From Antedon mediterranea (Eukaryota > Animalia > Echinodermata): 64,000 bases of DNA. Below, piece after piece: positions 1 through 8,908 of this stretch (the stretch's first letter is position 1; the number at the start of each line of letters is the position of its first letter). Both the position numbers and the translations under genes were made by a program. The DNA lies in NCBI RefSeq assembly GCF_964355755.1, contig NC_092676.1, positions 27,980,871 to 28,044,870 on the forward strand, in the 5' to 3' direction. The notes beneath the pieces were generated by a model. That model searched no databases, was not told where the DNA came from, and saw only the letters and a program-made list of their open reading frames with translations.

Positions 1-417
1 TTTTTTCTCGTGAACTTTTCTATTCTACCGGTACACACAGCAGAAGTAACGGTTTAAAAAGCAAAACACAAGTTAAAATAATCGGATGATATACCTTTTT
101 TTAAATTTTTCTTATGCGCTTAAAACAAATTATACATACATAGGCCTATACATTATAACATTTATTTCTCTTTTCTTTTCTATGTACAAAGTTTGTGATT
201 AATTAATTAGAAATAAGAGGGACAAAACCTAAAAAGCGAAAACTTGTGAAGGGCTGCCTAAAATGTAAAAAAAAATAAGGTACAATTTTATCGTGTTGAC
301 ATCGTATAGGCACTTATTCGTCAGTCGAGAGCCCTGAACTTTGGCTATCTATTTTAATAGTAAGAGTAATGATACACACATATTATATGAATTGCATTAT
401 GTTTTTTGTTTTTACAG

Positions 418-587
418 ACCACATCGTCGACTGAGGGTATTTGCATTACTTGTTCTTCTTGGAATATCAATACGGATTATTTCTAAGTTAGCGTTGTTTT
501 CACGTGATCTTCGACGCATTCGGTCACCAAAAATTAATACAATACACACATTTTATCCATCAAAAAACGACACTGGAATTATTGAAT
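418..587 (+). CDS. WSCD: WSCD exon: type II transmembrane anchor and stem
   Basis: Acceptor tttttacag|A at 417, donor T|gtgagt at 588; encodes PHRRLRVFALLVLLGISIRIISKLALFS...TGIIE. Confidence 0.7.
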
Positions 588-3500
588 GTGAGTTAATATT
601 CCATTTTTGTCTTTAGTTAATAGGTTTAGAGGAAGGAATGTTTTGCCTTATTTTCCTTCTGAACCGAATTAGTAACGAATTAGTAACGAATTAGTAACGA
701 ATTAGTAACGAATTAGTAACGAATTAGTAACGAATTTGAGGGACCAAATTGACTGTGTCACACGGAAATGAATGGATAGTAGGCTCATGGAGGTATAATT
801 TTTATACCTCCATGGTAGGCCTAAAGACCACCACTATATACTAGACCCCATTACTGTAAAGTCAGCGCCCTTGAACGCCTTTTCCATTACTTTGAATCAT
901 AAGCCCTTTCTTTGTCAATTGTTTTGATTTGTAATTTCACTCTTCCCTGGTTTTTTATAGTCGGCGTTTAGATTTTATGAAAATCAAGTATCGTACATAT
1001 GAAACGCCATGTGTGCCAAAAAATCTGTTACTAATATTAAGTCGAATCACAATCTAAAATACCTACACTGTGTATTTTACCTAATATCTGTTTATCAACT
1101 CCAATTTACATCAATTTTCTATACTTTTATCTTCTAATAAAGTTAATGGTAAAACATGGATGTCATTCACGGACATCGACAGTCCTGGAGTGTACCGCGC
1201 ATGCGTGCCACGACCATCTGATGCCAAGTTACTGTCTGCGATAACTGGCGGTATAATAGAGGACAACCAAGGAATGACCATTATTTATTGTCTATCATTA
1301 TGCATTGATCGAGTGAGTACGGTACATTCTTTAATATTTATCCATCGCTTGTGATTGGGCAACTCGCTTACTTTGCGCTTACGTCCTTGCGTTGCGTTCT
1401 AGTGGGAACCAAGCTTTAATTTCCACTAAGGACGCAATGCAAGGACGTAACGCAAACGTAAGTGATTTGACTAATCACAAGCGATGGATTATTCGAACAG
1501 TGGCTTGTCATTGGTCAACTCGCGTTGCGCGTACGTCCTTGAGTTGCGTCTCTAGTGGGAACCACGCTTAAGTGAGATCCAAGCCGGCCGCCGTAGATCC
1601 TAAGCATAATAATGAGTAATAAAATTGTATGCAATAAAAGTAAACTTTTGTTTTTAGGGGTATACATATACTGCACTAGGAAGAGGAACCCAGTGTCTAT
1701 GTGGTAACATCCAAGATAAAGACAGCGAACTATATTTAGGAGACTACCAAGATAGCAGGTTTTGTGACACGCCCTGTGGTGGTGAGGCGCATTACAGCTG
1801 TGGTGGCAGACATTATTTATCTATCTACCGCACAAGTGTTCCAGGTTAGTACATTTAGTATTATTTAGTGGCATAAACAGTGTCCATGAAATGCTATTGC
1901 CAATCATGCACGATAAAACCCATAGAATTAGTACAATAACTGTTTTATACACTTTTGATAAGTTTTGTTTTTCCGGTTCGATGATTGTAGTGCTAAACTC
2001 GTTGTGAATGCATCTTTATGACTATTTGACTTTTAAAGCAACAGAAATAACTGGCATTTGTTATTTTGATTTAATCTCTTTTATTATTGTATACACATAT
2101 ATAAGGCTTTATAGACTTTTTAACCCACCGGTTGTGTTCATTTTACAAATTTTGGAAATAAAGTTATAGATCCAAAATAATGAATAGAATTGTAAATATA
2201 ATTCGTAATTCACCCACTAAACAATTAACTGGAAACTAACGGGAATTTTTTTTCTCATTTTAAAGGTAATGTAGCATGCTTCAATTAAAAATTAATTTTA
2301 CAAATATTTATATATTATGTGATGCCTACCAACAAAAATTCATTTATGTTTAGATCAGCGATGTGTCGATGTGAAGTTGAAACCTGAGGGAAGTTTGCCT
2401 CTCGTGGCACTAGCAAGTTACCCTAGATCGGGCAACACGTGGACCAGACAACTCATTGAAAAATCGTCAGGCATCCCAACTGGTAGCACTATGTGGAGGA
2501 GTGAAATGAAAATGGCGATTTCCAAAAAAGGTTTGTATACAAAAATATTAAGTCCAAACTATTAATGAATAACAAAATAAATAAAATGTTGTATTTGTTA
2601 ATCTGAGGCGTCTTGAAGTATATTGTAGGTCATTGATTGTGTAAACCATTAATTTTAACTTTCGTCTTGAACCGTAAGTTAACATTAATGGTGTACAATA
2701 AATGAACTAAATATCAATATACTAATCATTATTGTTTTGTTCTAAGGTGTAGCGCCGCTAGCGGGAGTTTATATTCTTTTAAAGGTGATTCATCAAGCAC
2801 AAGCTAGTATAGGTATGACACGCCGCGTGTGCCAACATTTTTACGAATAATAAATATCCTTCTTGTAGAACCCCAGTTTAAAAAAAAAAGCAACACTTTT
2901 AAATTGCATAGAGCATTTCAGTGCTTTGTACAGTAGCCTGGATGTTCAGAGCTTATTTTTGTTTTTCTATTAATTTGGATGTAATAACATTGTGTATTGA
3001 ATTAAATATATTTCTTAGCACAATATTATTAACAAATGTTTTGTTTAAATATAGTATTTTTAGGTGGAAACATTAACTACAAGTTGCAGAGGACTATATG
3101 TATAAAATCACACTCGCACAAGGTACAAGATATCAAGGAATTTAAAGGGGCAATACTGTTGATTCGGAATCCCTATCGTACGTTAGTAGCTGAAGTATTC
3201 AGACGATTAATGATCGTTGAAAACAAAAACTCAACAGCAACTTCGAAATACTTTAAATCCGAAGGTACATTACACTTTCTTTACTATTTACGTTTGTTTG
3301 TTTGTTTTATCTTTATACTGGGTGACCTCTTCAGTCACTGATCTCCCAGAGGGCCCAGTTGGTGATCAGTGGCTGTGATGTACTAATACACCGGGGTAAC
3401 CCCCTACTCATCTCGAAAGATGTACAGTACTAGGTTCTTTAAAGTGCACACGAGCAAGTTGTGTACACTGGACCTACGTTTTATAGTCCTTATCCGAGAA

Positions 3501-4526
3501 GACTCGTTCTACCACCAGAACCATGGAGTGAGTGAGTGAGTGAGCCTCGAACCCCTGCCGATGTTATGGCTACGTGATTACGGTTCCACTGTCTTAATCG
3601 CTCGGCCACTCACTCACTGTATTGGGCTCAGAAAACAGTATATAAATATTGCACTAAGTGTTACTGTATTTATTATTGTAACACACTAAGATGCAAAGTA
3701 AGGACGTAGACGCAAAGCAAGCGGATCGTACCAAAAGAAAAATATTTTAATGATAATCATGTTTTGTACTTGTTTATATTTTGCTGATAAACTTTTAAAA
3801 TCAATATTGGTTTCCGTGTTTATGAAAAAGACAAATTGATAAATGTGTGGTTGGCTGTACATTGGTGGAACCTAATGCGTCATGGTAAACAGACTCTCAA
3901 GACTAAAAGACAGACTTGACGGACAAAGACAAAATGCATCATGTACCCTAGACTTGCCCCAATATCGGGTTATTCGAGGCTTTTTGACTGTTTGTATGAA
4001 ATAGCTCAAGTAGTACACGTATGAAACGCCATATGTGCCAAACTATTTTTCCTTAATATTAAGGAACCCAGACTACATGTACCTCGTTCTCTGATTATCA
4101 TTAAACTATGTGTAATACAGTCTTAACTATATTAATCTTACAGAATGGAATGCCTTTGTTGATGTTCAGATTAATGATTGGCGAGACACTGCCCTTAATT
4201 GGATTAAAAACACTCCTAAGATACTTGTAGTACACTATGAGAACCTCGAAGATAACACATTTAAAGAAATACACAGAATGATGGATTTTTTAAATGTATT
4301 CGCTACAGACAACAGAATAAAATGTGCAATACAGGAACATCCGTCCTCAAAATCGACGGGCCTATCACTTGGAAACCATTTTCGCAAAACCAGGGTATAT
4401 TTGACTAACAATCCATTTAGTGATAGCCAAAAAGAACTGATAGATAGAAATATTGAGATGGTTAATTCCACACTAAATAGCAAAGGTCTTACGCCATTAC
4501 CTGCCTATTCAGTGACTGTATTTTAA
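418..4526 (+). CDS. WSCD: WSC domain-containing sulfotransferase (WSCD1/2, sialate O-sulfotransferase-like), 5'-partial; join(418..587,1143..1312,1658..1844,2354..2530,3055..3264,4144..4526)
   Basis: All introns GT..AG with matching phases (1,0,1,1,1). Spliced protein has an N-terminal hydrophobic anchor (RRLRVFALLVLLGISIRII), one WSC domain (YRACV..MTIIYCLSLCIDRGYTYTALGRGTQCLCGN..CDTPCGGEAHYSCGG..SIYRT), 5'-PSB motif ASYPRSGNTWTRQLIE, CIKSH, 3'-PB motif LLIRNPY and VVHYENL; stop TAA at 4524-4526. The first visible exon starts in phase 2, so the ATG exon is upstream or unrecognised. Confidence 0.9.
665..736. repeat. Perfect 11-bp tandem repeat (CGAATTAGTAA) x6.5
   Basis: Directly visible in a WSCD intron. 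Confidence 0.97.
786..814. mobile_element. 29-bp palindromic micro-MITE CATGGAG...CTCCATG with flanking direct repeat
   Basis: 13-bp perfect arms CATGGAGGTATAA/TTATACCTCCATG; flanks GTAGGCT / GTAGGCC. Confidence 0.55.
1143..1312 (+). CDS. WSCD: WSCD exon: N-terminal half of WSC domain
   Basis: Acceptor ag 1141-1142, donor gtgagt 1313; FNGKTWMSFTDIDSPGVYRACV...MTIIYCLSLCIDR. Confidence 0.85.
1338..1572. mobile_element. Palindromic MITE, one and a half copies head to tail (terminus ...CTAGTGGGAACCAAGC; PIF/Harbinger-like)
   Basis: The arm cttgtgattgg.caactcgc...tacgtccttgcgttgcgttctagtgggaaccaagctt occurs at 1348-1417 and 1504-1571, and inverted at 1422-1490; related relics at about 3684-3722 and 35380-35500. 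Confidence 0.75.
1658..1844 (+). CDS. WSCD: WSCD exon: C-terminal half of WSC domain (absent from ORF track)
   Basis: Acceptor ttttgtttttag 1657, donor G|gttagt 1845; GYTYTALGRGTQCLCGNIQ...FCDTPCGGEAHYSCGGRHYLSIYRTSVP has the WSC cysteine pattern. Confidence 0.9.
2354..2530 (+). CDS. WSCD: WSCD exon: sulfotransferase 5'-PSB loop
   Basis: Acceptor tttag 2353, donor G|gtttgt 2531; DQRCVDVKLKPEGSLPLVALASYPRSGNTWTRQLIEKSSGIPTGS. Confidence 0.92.
3055..3264 (+). CDS. WSCD: WSCD exon: sulfotransferase 3'-PB motif (alternative in-frame acceptor at 3064)
   Basis: VFLGGNINYKLQRTICIKSH...AILLIRNPYRTLVAE; donor G|gtacat 3265. Confidence 0.88.
3292..3617 (-). mobile_element. tRNA-derived SINE with Deu-domain-like body (DeuSINE-type) and (AAAC)n tail
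   Basis: Minus strand A-box TGGCCGAGCG, B-box GGTTCGAGGC; body CTCGGATAAGGACTATAAAACGTAGGTCC...TAAAGAACC...TTCGAGATGAGTAGGGGTTACCCCGGTGT resembles the Deu domain; simple-repeat tail. Confidence 0.8.
4144..4526 (+). CDS. WSCD: WSCD terminal coding exon
   Basis: Acceptor ttacag 4143; EWNAFVDVQINDWRDTALNWIKNTPKILVVHYENL...MMDFL...RIKCA... to TAA. Confidence 0.9.
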
Positions 4527-4719
4527 GTATGAACAGTGAGTACAAGTGTGACAGAATTTGTCAAGAACCTGGCCGTTTTCCAATAACAGTTAATAATAGT
4601 TAAATCTATCATTAATTACATCGGTTTTAATTATTTTTGTAAACGACTGTTGCCAGGAAAAGAAATCTTGGGTACGTATATTTACCACCAATGTAAAATA
4701 GGCCCTGTACGGTACTACA

Positions 4720-5024
4720 TAATAATAATAATAGTTCATTCTTATACAGCGCATATAAGCAAGCTCTCACTGCGCTGCACATTATTACCCCGGTAATTTT
4801 GTGTGGATCCGACACGTAACATACTCCCATAATGCAGCTAGTAATCAGCGCAAAGTTGTGTCTTGGTGGATCATCTAACCGGTACCCATTTAATACACCT
4901 GGGTGGATCGAGAGAGGCAAATGCAAGTAAAGTGTCTTGCATAAGGATACAAACAATGCAGAAAGAGTTGGATTCGAACCACGATCTCACGATCAGTAAT
5001 TCAACGTCCAACACACTGCCCCAC
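4720..5024 (-). mobile_element. tRNA-derived CORE-type SINE with L2-like 3' end and (TTA)n tail
   Basis: Minus strand B-box GGTTCGAATCC, CORE-like TGTATCCTTATGCAAGACACTT..CCACCCAGGTGTATTAAATGGGTACC, tail AGCGCAGTGAG...GCGCTGTATAAGAA..TATTATTATTA; ACTACA on both sides (4714-4719, 5025-5030). Confidence 0.8.
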
Positions 5025-5466
5025 ACTACAAACTGTACTTGTATACTGAATCATGATAATAGTTAGTTCGTTTGCAATGCTTAAATAGAATAGACAGAGA
5101 CGAACACAACATACCTCAGTGATAGAAATACACAACAATAAACCACAATATTGTTTCTAACATTATTGAACAACCATTTATAAGATGGGTTGAAAGTGCT
5201 TCCACATTGAGCTTACCTTTTTTTTCATTTTCGTCTTTCCACAGTATAATATATATTATCCAAGTTTGCACTAACATAACGTATACACTATAAGATATAT
5301 TATCCTATCCTCTCTGCTTCTTTATCCCCAAATAACATGTTCAACATGCCTGTATGTAACACCTGCAATTATTCTGAAAGCCGGACTGTGACGTCAAGAA
5401 TGTTGGTGGTTGTTTTTTCAAACAGTTATAGCGCCACCCTTAAAAGTGTTTAATCAATACTTCTGA

Positions 5467-5617
5467 AGCTCTGCTGCACTATCAAACTTATCAAAATGTG
5501 ATGTGCTCATATGGACATGATGATGTCATATCACTACTATATTTAAACATATCACTACCATATTTGGGCACATCACACATTTTTTGATCAAACTAGTTTT
5601 ATAGTGTAGACAGAGTT
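5467..5617. mobile_element. MITE copy 1 (TIR about AGCTCTGTCTACACTATCAAACT)
   Basis: Inverted ends agctctgctgcactatcaaact / agttttatagtgtagacagagtt; interior matches 9309-9429 in reverse orientation. Confidence 0.8.
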
Positions 5618-6819
5618 TTACCAAACAGAAATAAATTGTAAAAAATACTTTAATTTACCGACACAGAGTAAACAGTGTTTTTCTAATGCGCAATGCTATT
5701 ATTATATTTATACAGAGTGAATGCTTGATCTTCTATATCAATTAATAATCTAAAAAAACGAAACATTGGTTGGTTATTTGAACTAATTTATTTACATAAA
5801 AATACATCCCTGTTTAGTGTACAAATATATGAAACTTAATGTTGACTCTATTGCATGACGTAATCAACTTAAACTGAATTTAGTAAAATTCATTCGTGAC
5901 AGAAAAGACTGAAATTACATTACATAATTTCAATATTTTCTGGTTAAGTAAGTACATTGATTGGAATTACAATTACATGTAAATTAATGCTGTTGGCTTT
6001 CCATAGTCATATATTATTTATTCGTTTGATAAGGTTTCAAAATATATCTGTAAATATAAAATATAAATACGGTACTGTCTGTAATTCTTTATAACTAATT
6101 AATTTTATATGGATCAGTGAAAATTATTTTTCAGTAAGATACCATTATAAATTTAACCCCATCGCAGCAGCGAGGAGTCGTTTTTATTTAATTATGCTTA
6201 GCATAAAATCATTGAAATAATTTTTATCAATAATATACTATAATTTAAAATGTTCATTAAACATTACTTTCGGCGGCAATTCAACACATTTGTTCCGAAT
6301 TATCAACAGTAAATGGTGTAAATTACCAATACTTAGTAGCGATTGAGCAATACAATTGATTATTATTATAATTATCAATTAAAAAAATATATTTCGTAAA
6401 TTACAATCAAAATGTCAGTGTTGTAAGCCATGTGATCTATGACGTAGTCTAGCAACTTCTGACAACTACATAAATTCGAATTAAATTCGACGGTTTAATT
6501 ACCATTCAGTTGACTACGGATCAATATGTTGCCAGAATATACTAGACAATTTAATCTTAAAACACACCCTTATACACACCCAGACTAATGATTTTTACTA
6601 ATTTATTTTCTGGCTACTAACATGATTGTTTTGTATCTTGCAATATAGCATGGACGATCTGTTACAAGTTTGATTTTTTCAATAAAGTAAAGTTATATCA
6701 GAAGGTCCATTATTAAATTGGTTAATTGGTTAATGTTTGATTTTACCGTCAATTCTAGTAAGCGGTAATGTGTAATTTAAGTACTGTAAGTTATAATCAG
6801 TTCCTATTTTACTATTTAC

Positions 6820-7030
6820 TTTGCCACCAAAATCCCTCCCATACATGAGATATTATAAGCAAAAACCTGTATTCTATGGCGGCCATTTTGAAAATCGAAA
6901 ATGGCGGCTTTTCTAGGCCAGATGAGCTGTAACTTTTTTTGGTGGATATATAGACCCCATATGACACAAATCAGTTGAGAAACACTTGTTTTTAATTTTT
7001 CCAGAGAAAGTGGAAAGTGGGGATACTAGA
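6820..7030. mobile_element. Probable DNA-transposon subterminal relic
   Basis: Inverted motif GGCGGCCATTTTGAAAATCGAAAATGGCGGC typical of marine DNA-transposon ends; boundaries approximate. Confidence 0.35.
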
Positions 7031-8560
7031 ATAAAATGATGTATTAATAAGAATTGTGAGAACATTATTTCGGAGAGTCAAAGAACACTAATAAGAATAA
7101 CTCTAAGCCCTCCCGCCGAAAGGACCCTCGGTCGTTTGAGCTTGGTTAACTCATCGGTTTAGCATTTATAATTTTTTTTTCATAAAAAAAAACTTTTTTA
7201 AACACAGACACGGTCAACAAACATCAGCAATCTTATATCAATAAATAAACTTAAAAATCCCAAAAATATAGTATAAACTAAAAAGAGAGTACTGATAAAA
7301 ATGATATAAATATCTGTACTCCAATCATAAACGGTTTCACATAAGGTGTAAAAACATTATTACAGTAAAATATATATTTACAACGCGATATATTTTCACC
7401 CTTATAGACATATTTTCAATTTTTTTAACACTCTTATATCATCTCGCACACAATTTCTTTTTGGGCTAGAAGTTTTTCGTTTCTAATTTCTTGGATTTAA
7501 ACTTACTAAATAAGACTTAGACCCAAATACTAGCAAACCTTAGTTTGTAAACACATTTTTCAACAAAAGTTTGACAAAGTTTCCTAAGCTTTTGTCCACA
7601 CTAGAAAACTTTATCAGATTCAAATTTTCTCGGGTTTGCAATCTGAAATTTGCTAGTTTAAACTAGACTTTAATTTACCAACACGTTCATAAGAAGTAAA
7701 ACAATATAATAATTATATAAATGCATAAAAGAGTTGCTTAAATTGCGTCATATTCAGTTTCCCCTTAATCCAATTTGTAACAGAAAATAACAATCGTTTC
7801 CAAGCTGATTTTCAGACCTATTCTCATCACTTTTTTATGCCTCTTCATAACTTTAAATTGTATTACAAATGAATTACCTCAAAATTATATTATAAAAGTT
7901 TTTTAGAATTAATAGTTCGAGACTATTAGGTTATAGTTAAATTTAACTTGGTCAGCGCGATGCATTTGTCCACTTAGACAAGTTTTCCCCAAGAGCGTTT
8001 CACTAGGCATAATATCTTGAACTTTTTTTCCTTCACACAAACAGACAATACTTTCGACAGCGTTCATGTAGATATTGTCTGCGTTTTCTCCTGAGTATCA
8101 GCTACCACGTGACCATAGATTTCTAGTCTGCCCTGTCGTCCGGCGATGAGGCCACGTCGTTATGATATCCATGGTGATGCCTTAAAAGCTGAAAACAATA
8201 GAAACACGTTTAACTCACAACGACAGACATCTCTTTATCTTCATGCTTTATCAAAACGTTGTTGAAATCCGCAGAGAAAATGGAAAGAGGCAACAATACA
8301 GGTTTGTTAGATATCATGTTATTGATGATAGCATGCGGAGAAATCCATTTTCAGATACCGTGATTCCCGATTCATCATGCTAGACGTATCTTCGACAAAC
8401 CATGCACCCTATTAGCCTGGGTTTAATTTAATAAAGCCGCCATTTTTACCGGGGAACCAGAATCCACACTTTGTTTTTATCTTTAATATTGCCTTTAGTT
8501 CATCCCTGATAAACATGCGTCATTTGTTATCAAATTTGCACAAGAGCTTAATTAGCTTTT

Positions 8561-8908
8561 TTAAGTAAAGCCATTCATTAGGCCCATGACACTGCTATGC
8601 TCTTTCGCCCGCAGACGAAGTGCAGCGATGCTGTTAGACCTTCGATCAGTTTCTTGGCAAGGCATATCAGAGACGTACTGACCATTAAACGTACTACTAG
8701 TCATGTTCATGAAGGAAGCTGGAGAAGGACTGGATACTGATGACATCACATTCATCGCTTGAGCATGGTTGTGGTTTGGTACTCCCATGAAGTTTGGAAG
8801 GGTGCTTTGAGGTGCCATACAGGAACTAGGATGCGGAGCTTGCATCTGGTGAGCTTGGTTCATACTGCCTAACCCGGCCATGTTGCCAACCCAAGGTGAA
8901 TTCTGCAT
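8561..8908 (-). CDS. Alx: Alx gene A exon 4 (OAR domain, stop)
   Basis: ttatag|ATG CAG AAT, phase 0; MQNSPW...[15 protein letters not shown]...[18 protein letters not shown]...NGFT*. Confidence 0.93.
   Translation of the reverse strand: MQNSPWVGNMAGLGSMNQAHQMQAPHPSSCMAPQSTLPNFMGVPNHNHAQAMNVMSSVSSPSPASFMNMTSSTFNGQYVSDMPCQETDRRSNSIAALRLRAKEHSSVMGLMNGFT

Noticed and set aside
665-736. 11-bp repeat as a homeodomain-site array or telomeric repeat
   Set aside because: A perfect short VNTR in a WSCD intron; not a known telomere unit, and the CTAATT content is probably incidental.
3530-3617. tRNA gene
   Set aside because: A/B boxes run into a SINE body and tail; no proper cloverleaf. The same applies to about 4960-5024 and the B-box fragment near 40561.
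4627-5066. ORFs 4627..4956 (-) and 4863..5066 (+)
   Set aside because: They lie within the CORE-type SINE and show no protein motifs.
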